Origin: Candidatus Latescibacterota bacterium
GTDB lineage: Bacteria > Latescibacterota > CBDEFO01
DNA: 64,000 nt
NCBI GenBank assembly: GCA_965237525.1
Contig: CBDEFO010000006.1
Location: 192,001-256,000 of the forward strand
Reading direction: 5' to 3'
The first letter of the stretch is position 1, and each line of letters opens with the position of its first letter. The position numbers and the translations under genes are program-made. The notes below the pieces were generated by a model. It was given only the letters and a program-made list of their open reading frames with translations. It was not told the origin of the DNA and did no database searches. Shown piece after piece: positions 28,294 through 37,986 of this stretch.

Positions 28294-29818
28294 TAAAAGC
28301 CTTGTGAAATAGTTATGTCCCAGGCAGCGTCTGAAGCGCCGATTATGGGTCAAAGAGTAGCATATCGTATCGTTTTGCTGTGGAATAAGCAAAATAGTCT
28401 TATCAGAGTTCTGGTCAGCAAGGAATAGGAGCTGTTTGAAGAACAGGATGCACTGTCTTTGACAGACAGGGCACACATAGACGCTTTCCCCCTTCTTATG
28501 AAAGATACAAGCCTCTTGAGATTCTGTACTGTTGCAACAAGATTCAACTGTTCATTCAGTGAGGCTGGTCCTCTATAACGGGCTCGTCCCATACCGTGTT
28601 GTTGCCTGGCTTCAGCAAAGATATGTTCACTGCGTTTACGGAGTCTCCGGGAGAGTTTGTAGTCAGCTGTTAATGAGATAGACCGTGCATGATTTCTGGC
28701 TTTCGCCTCTCGCACTTTTCTATCCCGTTCGGCCTGAATATGTGCTGAATTTGTCTTGTTTTTCCATGTAGGAATCGGTTCAATCTTCTCATCGGCTCGC
28801 AGAGGAATATGGGGTATGATTCCCCGGTCAAGTACATCAGCGATAAAATTACCAGAACCGTAACCGGTATCGGCACTAAGTGTCTGAATGTCTTTGGGCA
28901 TGGTGTATGTTTCAAGGTCATCTACCATCTTAAGGGCACTTTCGGGCTCTGCTGTCCCTGTCGCCTGCGTGCCCTGAGTCTCAAGGATTACTCTGCTTTT
29001 TGTGTCGATCAGATCATGGCCCATAAACGAGAGAAAAGCCCCTTTGCCCTTCGATTTGCTGTATAAGCGCGCGTCGGGGTCTGTAGTCGAACGGTGTGTT
29101 TGGTTCGTCCACTTTTCACCATGAAAGTCTTTATCCTGAGGATGCCCGGACCTACCCTTTGTCTTATCACCTTCAAAACCGATTCCCTTGAGATAATCAT
29201 CAAGAGAAACAGGGGGTTCTATCGGCTCAATACTTTTCACTGAAGCATCAGCTTGTATCTGAGTGCCGTCGACACTAAGGTGTTTACCGCTCACAAGACC
29301 GACATCTATGCAACACTGGACTACCTGACGCATTATCCGTTCAAACAACCCACTGGATGCCCACTTGTGATTGCGAAGCTTGTTGATCGTGCTCCTATCC
29401 GGAACCGCATCATCAAATGTCTGATGACAAAACAACCGATATGCCGCATGCATCCCCACTTCCTGACAGAGCCGATTCTCACTCAAATTATACAGATAGC
29501 CAATAAGGATCATTCGAACAACTAATTCAGGATCAATACCGGGTCTGCCATTGTCAGGGCAATAACAATCTGATACAACGTCTCGTACAAATGAAAAATC
29601 AACTGCCTCATCAATCTGACGAAGGATATGATCCTCGGGAACTAAATCCTCCATCTGAAAATAGTGAAACATCGGATTTGTCTGTTCCTGCTCTTGTGGG
29701 GTCATTGTTTCCTCCATGTATAATATTATCAATAACATAATATAATACATCGGAGCTGCTTTATCAATGCTTGTTCTATACTACTTTCTGAATCTAAGGG
29801 TTTTTCACAAGGCTTTTA
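28294..29818 (-). mobile_element. IS1182-family insertion sequence
   Basis: 16-bp perfect inverted repeat TAAAAGCCTTGTGAAA (28294-28309) / TTTCACAAGGCTTTTA (29803-29818) flanks a DDE transposase; exact ends and target duplication uncertain by 1-3 bp. Confidence 0.85.
28350..29705 (-). CDS. IS1182-family DDE transposase
   Basis: LVPEDHILRQID, GRPGIDPE, VDGTQIQADAS, STTDPDARL, ADTGYG and EHIFAEARQQHGMGRARYRG motifs. Confidence 0.9.
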   Translation of the reverse strand: MTPQEQEQTNPMFHYFQMEDLVPEDHILRQIDEAVDFSFVRDVVSDCYCPDNGRPGIDPELVVRMILIGYLYNLSENRLCQEVGMHAAYRLFCHQTFDDAVPDRSTINKLRNHKWASSGLFERIMRQVVQCCIDVGLVSGKHLSVDGTQIQADASVKSIEPIEPPVSLDDYLKGIGFEGDKTKGRSGHPQDKDFHGEKWTNQTHRSTTDPDARLYSKSKGKGAFLSFMGHDLIDTKSRVILETQGTQATGTAEPESALKMVDDLETYTMPKDIQTLSADTGYGSGNFIADVLDRGIIPHIPLRADEKIEPIPTWKNKTNSAHIQAERDRKVREAKARNHARSISLTADYKLSRRLRKRSEHIFAEARQQHGMGRARYRGPASLNEQLNLVATVQNLKRLVSFIRRGKASMCALSVKDSASCSSNSSYSLLTRTLIRLFCLFHSKTIRYATL

Positions 29819-31088
29819 GTGACGCGGATAAATTCTAACATGGAAGCTCTGGACGCCGCAAATGCTCTTAGCAAAATCAACAAGAGCCTGGACACCCATC
29901 AGGCCAGACTCGCCACGGGCAAAAGGATCAACACCGCTGCCGACGACGCTGCAGGACTATCTTTGGCTACCAAGTTTAAGGTAAGATCAGAAGGTCTGGG
30001 TGTTGCACTGAACAACATAGGAGATGCCAGGAACCTTATGGCCGTCGCCGAAGGACACCTCCAGACCATCAGCGACATCCTGGGACAGATAAAAGCCAAG
30101 GCGAACCAGGCTGCGAACGACACGCTGGGAGCTTCGGAACGGCAGGCCCTAAAGAGCGAGATCGAGCAGTTGGCCGCGGAGATTGACGATCAGGTGGAAC
30201 AGGCTCTGTTCAACAATATCGAGATTTTGAAAACCACGACCAGCGCGTTTAACTTCCAGGTGGGAGCAGGCACTGTCGATACGATAAGGTTCGATCTTAC
30301 ATCGTCTGCTGTGGGATACACGACAGGATACACATCCGCACAGCTCGGTGTGGATGTAGGCGCAGTGACAGCTTCTGTATCAACGACCTACAGTCCCCGG
30401 ACGAATCGATGTATCTTTGGCCACGTCCACAGCGCGGAACGATGCCTTAAGTGAACTTAAGGCAGGATTCTACACAGTGGAAGTGACAGACATTGACGTT
30501 AATTCTGCTGGGAAAGGGGATCTTACGTTCAGGATAAGAGATTCGTCGGGCAATATAGTCTCGATAGATAGCGATGGAGACGGCACAGGCTCAGACACAG
30601 ATACTACTATAACCGTTGTTATCGACAAGGAAATACCATCACCACCGGGACCAAACAAACCAGGGGCTAGCGCCACGATCGATCTGGGTGTGGGATTTAA
30701 ATTACGCTTCTCTGACGTGAACTCCACTGATGACCCTACATCCTTCGGAGTCCAGTACACTCCCAGAGGAAACACAGTAAGCTCCAACGCCCAAGCGTCA
30801 GCATTCATCCAGAAGATTGACGCAGCCATAGACAATGTCTCCAAGGGACTGAGCTTCATTGGGGCAATTACCAACAAGCTGACGTTCAAAGAAGACTCAT
30901 TGTCAAGTGCAGAGACGAACACAGAAGCAGCCAAGAGCAGGATTCTGGATGCCGACATGGCGTTAGAGCAACTGGAATCCACCAAGTTGCAGATATTACA
31001 GCAGACATCCACAGCCGTACTTGCTCAGGCTAATATCATCCCACGATCGGTATTACAACTATTCCAGTCCAGAGATGACCTCCCATAA
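29819..31088 (+). pseudogene. fliC: Flagellin, frameshifted near 30390-30420
   Basis: N-terminal TRINSN...RLATGKRINTAADDAAGL and C-terminal SRILDADMA...QANIIPRSVLQL domains lie in different frames. Confidence 0.85.
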
Positions 31089-31331
31089 ATCAGCAGACAG
31101 TAGTAAGCAGATAGGCTCCCCATAGATTCAATCAAGGATTGCTTCGGAGTTGAACCGCTCACCATGGCAAGGCGCGGCAACGTCTTTGCAAGTCCTGTAA
31201 ATCGTCATTGCGAGGGATCTCAAGCTGCCCCGCTAGGAGTTGCCATCCAGATGCAGATGCGAAACGGAACCAAACTCTCCAGTCTATCTATCCAAGTCTC
31301 TAAAGCACACATGCTGACCTGAATTTTCTCC

Positions 31332-31360
31332 TTGACTGTTGAATGCAGTTTGACTATATT
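31332..31360 (+). promoter_or_regulatory. sigma70-type promoter for tRNA-Lys
   Basis: TTGACT-17 nt-TATATT. Confidence 0.65.
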
Positions 31361-31378
31361 TTCTGGTCAGAACCAGAT

Positions 31379-31454
31379 GCGCCCATAGCTCAACTGGTAG
31401 AGCAACTGACTCTTAATCAGTAGGTTCGGGGTTCAAGTCCCTGTGGGCGTACCA
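31379..31454 (+). tRNA. tRNA-Lys(CTT)
   Basis: GCGCCCATAGCTCAACTGGTAGAGCAACTGACTCTTAATCAGTAGGTTCGGGGTTCAAGTCCCTGTGGGCGTACCA folds as a cloverleaf. Confidence 0.95.
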
Positions 31455-31461
31455 TAAAAAA

Positions 31462-31504
31462 CAAGGGGTTACGACAACTTCGGTCGTAGCTCCTTGCATT
31501 TTTT
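31462..31504 (+). terminator. Intrinsic terminator after tRNA-Lys
   Basis: CAAGGGGTTACGAC / GTCGTAGCTCCTTG stem followed by a T run. Confidence 0.7.
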
Positions 31505-31554
31505 CTACTGTAATTTTCCCATACCCGTCAAATAGATGATAGTCCAGACGCTTC

Positions 31555-31721
31555 ACGCCTCTCGGTGAACCCCCGTCATCAAATGTTCCATCTCCATCGT
31601 TGAAAACGAGCTGTACATTATCAGTGAAATAATTAGCGACAGCTCGGTCATGGGCTCCATCTAAATCTGATATGAACACTGAACGAGGACCGTCCCCTAC
31701 ACTTTCAGCCCTACCCGCCAT
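31555..31721 (-). pseudogene. FG-GAP/VCBS repeat gene remnant
   Basis: VGDGPRSVFISDLDG..DRAVANY...VFNDGDGTF resembles a single FG-GAP repeat. Confidence 0.55.
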
Positions 31722-32179
31722 CCCCGGACCATCTATCTCGGCACTGCAGGTTTGACCTCCATCCGTCCCGGGTCTTGGATAGAAGACAGCTACGACCCCG
31801 TCCGGGAGACAGACAGGCTCGCGGCATTCTGATACTTCAAGGGCTGGAGGAAAGTCGGCTCACGGACAGTGATCTTAAGGATATCAGTTTCTTCGCCTAC
31901 GGCAGGCCGTACCGCTGAACCAGTATCACAAAGAATCTTCGCGATGCAAAATCTGATCCCTACTACGTACAGCCAATTCCGCTGCACGTGCATATCTTCA
32001 ATCTTTATAACCGTTCACATCCAGTGTTGACCGTGATGTTTTACCTGACCGGCAGAAGGCGGCGGCGGGAAAATACCAAATTCTCATCTCATTCCCCAGA
32101 ATGTACAAAGGAATACACATTCCCTGTCATCTTGATCTACTGCGCTCAGCGGAGAGACCAGCTGGTAAAGAAACTCCTC

Positions 32180-33211
32180 TCAAGTCCAATCAAAAATGTT
32201 GAATAAACTATTATCTCTTCTATGCAGCAGATTCTGGTATACCAATTGGGCCTCGCAGGGCTTTGCCAACGATGTTAGACCATGAACCTTTATTCTGTCA
32301 TCCATCAGCCATTTCAGCGCGGTACGGTAGTTTCCAAAGATGCTGTGCGGTCGGAAATCCGCGGCATGCCCTGGCAGTTCCCACTCCCAACCACTGCGCA
32401 AAATAACATACCTGTGGAATATCAACCGAAGCAGCTCCTGGACATATAGATCCGTATGGCGGGTCCACGGAACCCCGACAAGCACGACTTCTCCTAACTT
32501 TCGCACAATCCGGCAGGCATCTACAACAGCCTGTTCATGCCCTGAGCATTCCATAACCAGGGAAATTGTCCCGACGATCGACTCGTCGTTACATGGAACT
32601 TCGGGATAAACCGCCGCAACGCCGGATGCGGCAGCGTTTTTTCGCCGTCCACTGTTGGGTTCAACAACATGGACCTCGTATCCGGAAAGCTTGAACACCT
32701 GCGCTGCAAGGTATCCCACAGACCCGGCGCCCGTAATCATCACCCGGTCTCCTGGCCGGGCCGCCGTAGTAACCAGCGTGGTCATTGTCACGATCATCAG
32801 GCGGGCGATGAGTGCTTTTTCCGGTTCCAGCCCCACAGGCAGGGGCACGGTACAGGCGGCGTCCATCTGTTGAAAACTCTGATGAAGGCCCATGCAGAAA
32901 AGATGATCTCCCTTCTTCACGTTCTCTACTTCCTGTCCGGTTTCCTCGACTTCGAACATGGCCGAATATCCGGGATATAACGGGTAATCCTTGCCACCTA
33001 GGCCCAGATAATGATGGGCCAGTTCGGTCCCGGGGCTGACGAGAGTATAAAGAGTCTTCCCTCGGACTTCCTTCGGTCCAAGCACAGCCGGACCATCCAC
33101 GGTGAGCAGTTCAGCTTTTTCCTCAGCGGTAACTACAATCGCCTGATGAGTCATACGTTTACTCTCTGCCTGTTCGGCTTGCCCGTCGTCTTTTTCTCCT
33201 TCAGCAGACAC
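32180..33211 (-). CDS. Zinc-binding alcohol dehydrogenase family (MDR) protein
   Basis: LVSPGTEL, YPGYS, ITGAGSVG and ECSG motifs. Confidence 0.8.
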   Translation of the reverse strand: MSAEGEKDDGQAEQAESKRMTHQAIVVTAEEKAELLTVDGPAVLGPKEVRGKTLYTLVSPGTELAHHYLGLGGKDYPLYPGYSAMFEVEETGQEVENVKKGDHLFCMGLHQSFQQMDAACTVPLPVGLEPEKALIARLMIVTMTTLVTTAARPGDRVMITGAGSVGYLAAQVFKLSGYEVHVVEPNSGRRKNAAASGVAAVYPEVPCNDESIVGTISLVMECSGHEQAVVDACRIVRKLGEVVLVGVPWTRHTDLYVQELLRLIFHRYVILRSGWEWELPGHAADFRPHSIFGNYRTALKWLMDDRIKVHGLTSLAKPCEAQLVYQNLLHRRDNSLFNIFDWT

Positions 33212-33563
33212 TGATCACAAGGACGCGCAGGTCTGTCCCTGAATTGTTTTCCAGTCCATGTGCTCCTCCTGGAAAAACGGCGGTTATATCACCCGGTCCG
33301 ACCTCAACACTTTCCTCATCCAGCGTCATAATTCCCGTTCCTGAAATTACATAATAGTACTCCTCATCGTTTTCGTGCTTGTGGATACCGATCGAAACAT
33401 CCGGCGGCAGGACAAGGTCGAAAAAACACTTCAGGTGTTTATCTTTTGTCTCATCGCTGGCGATGACCTTTGTCCAGTCCAGAACCCCCTTGCCACCGTG
33501 GCTTTCAGACGCCATTGTCTGGAGCATGTCCTCTCTTTTTCTCATGAACGTGGTTTTTTTCAT
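33201..33563 (-). CDS. Cupin domain protein
   Basis: SIGIHKHENDEEYYYVISGTG...GGAHGLEN. Confidence 0.85.
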   Translation of the reverse strand: MKKTTFMRKREDMLQTMASESHGGKGVLDWTKVIASDETKDKHLKCFFDLVLPPDVSIGIHKHENDEEYYYVISGTGIMTLDEESVEVGPGDITAVFPGGAHGLENNSGTDLRVLVISVC

Positions 33564-33823
33564 TTTGCTGCTCCTAGCACGCCGTTCGTCATTCGTCTTC
33601 TTACTGACCAAGAAATATGCCCGCTTCACCTGGATGGCTCAGCAGGTCTCGCTGCCTCGTATTACATGGTAGGGTCATCGCCCTAATCTTGCTCTCCACC
33701 TTCTCCACGAGGACTGTGGATGCTTTGACGTAAAGTCGGTCTGGCAACGCATGTCCCCACAGGTCATGGCGGTAAATGCCTCCACCAACAGAATCGGGTA
33801 TTGCGCAGCATCCCGGCCTACTC

Positions 33824-35047
33824 TTACGGCAAACGCCAGCGAACCACTTCACAATTGAAGAGTTTGTCCGGATGCGGCGGGTCCGGTGGCCAGGCGTCAG
33901 GTCGCCAATAGGAATAGCTGGTCACAAGAGTCCCGTCGTCCAGCTCGACGGTGTTGCCGAAACCTCCGCCCGAGCAGCGGCCGATGGGAGTTCTGGTCTC
34001 AATCATGAAGATGTCGTGCTCGAAATCAAATTCAAAGCCGTCTTCGGTTTCACGGCCGAGTACCGCACGCACGCCGAGGGGAGGATCGATTGAGCGCTGA
34101 GTATAAGTAAACAGCAGCCGCCCATCCCTCAACCGCAGAATGGAATGAAACATCTGGCCGTGGTCGCCCAGGTCCTCACCGGGCTGCCACGTGTGGCCTT
34201 CGTCGGTGGAAGTCCAAGCTTTCATTCGACCGAACTGGTCAAAGTCGGTATCGGCAAGATCCTGCACCGGGGGCTGGCCGTAGTGCAGCAGGGTTATGGC
34301 CACGTTTCCGAGCTCCTGGGGGGTGAACACCCGCCCGGGAAGCGGGAACAATTTGTGCTCAATCCTGGCTATCCCGTATATTTTTCCGGAACGCGCCTGC
34401 CAGAGCACTACCTCCGAAAAGATGGAATAGGGATAGCCTTCCGGTACCCCTTCTACGTGTATCCTGTGGCAGTCCGGCCACGTCCGACCCCCATCGTAGC
34501 TGCGGGCGACGTATTCGTCCCCGTATTGAGGATGGAGAGGAGGATTCTGGTCTTTGGGTATATCCACGATCTGTAGCAACGAACCGTCTTCCAACTGCAG
34601 TATATTTCGCGAACAGTTGTTCCCTCTGACCCTACGCGACTTGTTCCCCCTTACCCTAGTGGCAAATTCCGGAGGCAGATGGTATTCGGACCAGGTGTAT
34701 CCATCGTCCTCCGAACGGTACCCCCACGCTCCTCCCGTTAGCAACAGCGTGCCGTCTCGCATTTGAGACAAATAGGGCTCTTCGCCGTCCGGCAGGCCGG
34801 CAGTGTTACGCCCTCCCTCCCAGGTCCGACCGCCGTCGTGCGAACGATACAGGTAGATGGGTATCCGTGTATCGCACAGGTAGCACAATAGCAGCAACTC
34901 ATTTCCACCCAGGTATGCGATGTTGGGCTTGTATTCAAGCTTTTGGCCCACCGGAACCCGTTCCGCTTGTACCTTTTCTGCCGTTAGCTGGCGCGGGTCT
35001 CGAATGGCAATAAAGTCCTGAAAGGGCTGCTGTGGTGAGTCACTCAT
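33824..35047 (-). CDS. Sialidase/BNR-repeat protein, tandem copy 4 (type A)
   Basis: Asp-boxes SHDGGRTW, SEDDGYTW, SYDGGRTW and STDEGHTW. Confidence 0.8.
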   Translation of the reverse strand: MSDSPQQPFQDFIAIRDPRQLTAEKVQAERVPVGQKLEYKPNIAYLGGNELLLLCYLCDTRIPIYLYRSHDGGRTWEGGRNTAGLPDGEEPYLSQMRDGTLLLTGGAWGYRSEDDGYTWSEYHLPPEFATRVRGNKSRRVRGNNCSRNILQLEDGSLLQIVDIPKDQNPPLHPQYGDEYVARSYDGGRTWPDCHRIHVEGVPEGYPYSIFSEVVLWQARSGKIYGIARIEHKLFPLPGRVFTPQELGNVAITLLHYGQPPVQDLADTDFDQFGRMKAWTSTDEGHTWQPGEDLGDHGQMFHSILRLRDGRLLFTYTQRSIDPPLGVRAVLGRETEDGFEFDFEHDIFMIETRTPIGRCSGGGFGNTVELDDGTLVTSYSYWRPDAWPPDPPHPDKLFNCEVVRWRLP

Positions 35048-35220
35048 CTCTGTCTTCTCCTTTCGATGGTAGGGTTATCGCACTAATCTTGCTCTCACCC
35101 TCTCCAAGAGGACTTCCGATGCTCTGGCGTAACGGCGGTCTGGCAACGCATCCCCACAGGTCATGGTGAGATATACCTCCACCAACAGAACCGGCTGTTG
35201 TGCAGCATACCGGCTTCCTC

Positions 35221-36408
35221 TTACGGCAAACGCCAGCGAACCACTTCACAATTGAAGAGTTTGCCCGATTCTCCTTTGTCAGGCCGCCAGTAGGAATAAC
35301 TCGTTACCAGTGTACCGTCGTCGAGCTCGACGGTGTTGCCGAAACCTCCGCCCGAGCAGCGGTCGATGGGAGTTCTGGTGTCAACCATGAAAATGTCGTG
35401 CTCGAAATCAAATTCAAAGCCGTCTTCGGTTTCACGGCCGAGCACTGCACGAACGCCGAGGGGAGGATCGAGAGAGCGCTGTGTATAGGTGAACAGCAGC
35501 CGTCCGTCCCTCAAGCGGAGAATGGAATGAAACATCTGGCCGTGGTCGCCCAGGTTCGCACCGGGCTGCCACGTGTGACCTTCATCGGTGGAAATCCAGG
35601 CTTTGAGTCGGCTGAACTGGTCGAAGTTGGTATCGGCAAGATCCTGCACCGGGGGCTCCCCGTAGTGCCGCAGGGTTATGGCCGCGTTTCTGAGCTCCTG
35701 GGGGGTGAACACCCGCCCGGGAAGCGGGAAAAATTGGTGCTCAATCCTGGCTATACCGTATATTTTTCCGGAACGCGCCTGCCACAGCACCACTTCGGAA
35801 AAGATAGAATAGGGATAGCCTTCCGGTACCCCTTCTACTTCCATCGTGTAGCAGTCCGGCCATGTCCGACCCCCATCGTAGCTCCGAGCGACGTATTCGT
35901 CCCCGTATTGAGTATGGCGAGGAGGGGGATCGTCTTTAGGTATATCCACGATCTGCAGAAACGACCCGTCTTCCAACTGCACTATATTTCGCGAGTTGTT
36001 CCCTCTGACCCTGGTAGCAAACTCTGGAGGCAACTGGTATTCGGACCAGGTGAATCCATCGTCCTCCGAACGGTACCCCCACGGGCCTCCCGTTACCAAC
36101 AACGTTCCGTCTCGCATTTGCGACAAATAGGGCTCCCCGCCGTCAGGCAGGCTGGTAGTGTTACGCCCTCCCTCCCAGGTCCGACCGCCGTCGTGCGAAC
36201 GATACAGGTAGGTGGGTAGCCCTGCTGCCACATCGTTCAGGTAGCACAATAGCAGCAACTCATTTCCACCCAGGTGTGCGATGTTGGGCTTGTATTCAAG
36301 CTTTTGGCCCACCGGAACCCGCTCGGCTTGTAGGTTTGCTGACGTTAGTTGCCGCGGGTTTCGAATGGCAATAAAGTCCTGAAAGGGCTGCTGTGGTGAG
36401 TCATCCAT
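35221..36408 (-). CDS. Sialidase/BNR-repeat protein, tandem copy 3 (type B)
   Basis: Same Asp-boxes; close paralog of its neighbours. Confidence 0.8.
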   Translation of the reverse strand: MDDSPQQPFQDFIAIRNPRQLTSANLQAERVPVGQKLEYKPNIAHLGGNELLLLCYLNDVAAGLPTYLYRSHDGGRTWEGGRNTTSLPDGGEPYLSQMRDGTLLVTGGPWGYRSEDDGFTWSEYQLPPEFATRVRGNNSRNIVQLEDGSFLQIVDIPKDDPPPRHTQYGDEYVARSYDGGRTWPDCYTMEVEGVPEGYPYSIFSEVVLWQARSGKIYGIARIEHQFFPLPGRVFTPQELRNAAITLRHYGEPPVQDLADTNFDQFSRLKAWISTDEGHTWQPGANLGDHGQMFHSILRLRDGRLLFTYTQRSLDPPLGVRAVLGRETEDGFEFDFEHDIFMVDTRTPIDRCSGGGFGNTVELDDGTLVTSYSYWRPDKGESGKLFNCEVVRWRLP

Positions 36409-36583
36409 CTTTGTTTTCTCCTTTCGATGGTAGGGTTATCGCCCTAATCTTGCTCTCACCCTCTCCACGAGGACTGCGGATGCTCTGGCGTAACCGCGCT
36501 CAGGCAACGCATGATCCTACAAGTCATCGCCGTATATACTTTCACCAACAGAATCGGGTGTTGCGCAGCATCCCGGCTTCCTC

Positions 36584-37813
36584 TTACGGCAAACGCCAGC
36601 GAACCACTTCACAATTGAAGAGTTTGTCCGGTGTCGGCGGATCCGGTGGCCAGACGTCAGGTCGCCAATAGGAATAGCTGGTTACCAGTGTACCGTCGTC
36701 GTGCTCGACAGTGTTGCCGAAACCTCCGCCCGAGCAGCGGCCGATGGGAGTTCTGGTATCAACCATGAAGACGTCGTGCTCGAAATCGAATTCAAAGCCG
36801 TCTTCGGTTTCACGGCCGAGCACTCCACGCACGCCGAGCGGAGGATCGATCAAGCGCTGAGTATAAGTGAAAAGCAGCCGCCCATCCCTCAACCGCAGAA
36901 TGGAATGAAACATGCGGCCGTAGTCGCCCAGATCCGCGCCGGACTGCCACGTATGGCCCTGGTCGGTGGAGAAGAAAGCTTTCAGTCTATGGAACTGGTC
37001 AAAGTTCAGTTCGGCAATACTCTGAGCAGGAGGCTCCCCGTAGTGAAGCATGGTGATGGCAGCATTGCCGAGTTCCTGGGGAGTCAGCACCCTTCCCGGC
37101 AGCGGATAGAACTGATGATCAACCCTGGCTATGGCGTAAAGCTTCCCGGAACGCGCCTGCCAGAGCACCGCTTCGGCAAATATGGACCCGGGATAACGTT
37201 CCGGTACCCCTTCTACTTCAATCGTGTAGCAGTCCGGCCACGTCCGACCCCCATCGTAACTCCGGGCTACGTATTCATCCCCGTATTGAGCATAGCGAGG
37301 AGGATTCTGGTCTTTGGGTATATCCACGATCTGCAGCAACGAACCGTCTTCCAACTGCAGTATATTTCGTGAACAGTTGTTCCCTCTGACCCTACGCGAC
37401 TTGCTCCCCCTTACCCTGGTGGCAAATTCCGGAGGCAGATGGTATTCGGACCAGGTGTATCCATCGTCCTCAGAACGGTACCCCCACTGGCCTCCCGTTA
37501 CCAACAACGTGCCGTCTCGCATTTGAGACAAATAGGGCTCTTCGCCGTTCGGCAGACTGGTAGTGCTACGCCCTCCCTCCCAGGTCCGACCGCCGTCGTG
37601 CGAACGATACAGGTAGGGGGCTAGCCCTGCTACCTCATCGAGCAGGTAACACAATAGTAGCAACTCATTTCCACCCAGATACGCGATGTTGGGCTTGTAT
37701 TCAAGCTTTTGGCCCACCGGAACCCGTTCCGCTTGTACCTTTTCTGCCGTTAGCTGGCGCGGGTCTCGAATGGCAATAAAGTCCTGAAAGGGCTGCTGTG
37801 GTGAGTCACTCAT
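36584..37813 (-). CDS. Sialidase/BNR-repeat protein, tandem copy 2 (type A)
   Basis: Same Asp-boxes; close paralog of its neighbours. Confidence 0.8.
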   Translation of the reverse strand: MSDSPQQPFQDFIAIRDPRQLTAEKVQAERVPVGQKLEYKPNIAYLGGNELLLLCYLLDEVAGLAPYLYRSHDGGRTWEGGRSTTSLPNGEEPYLSQMRDGTLLVTGGQWGYRSEDDGYTWSEYHLPPEFATRVRGSKSRRVRGNNCSRNILQLEDGSLLQIVDIPKDQNPPRYAQYGDEYVARSYDGGRTWPDCYTIEVEGVPERYPGSIFAEAVLWQARSGKLYAIARVDHQFYPLPGRVLTPQELGNAAITMLHYGEPPAQSIAELNFDQFHRLKAFFSTDQGHTWQSGADLGDYGRMFHSILRLRDGRLLFTYTQRLIDPPLGVRGVLGRETEDGFEFDFEHDVFMVDTRTPIGRCSGGGFGNTVEHDDGTLVTSYSYWRPDVWPPDPPTPDKLFNCEVVRWRLP

Positions 37814-37986
37814 CTCTGTCTTCTCCTTTCGATGGTAGGGTTATCGCACTAATCTTGCTCTCACCCTCTCCAAGAGGACTTCCGATGCTCTGGCGTAACG
37901 GCGGTCTGGCAACGCATCCCCACAGGTCATGGTGAGATATACCTCCACCAACAGAACCGGCTGTTGTGCAGCATACCGGCTTCCTC

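Noticed and set aside
31413..31554. C-terminal half of the 102-aa ORF at 31413-31721
   Set aside because: Runs antisense through the tRNA-Lys and its terminator; only the FG-GAP-like part is credible.
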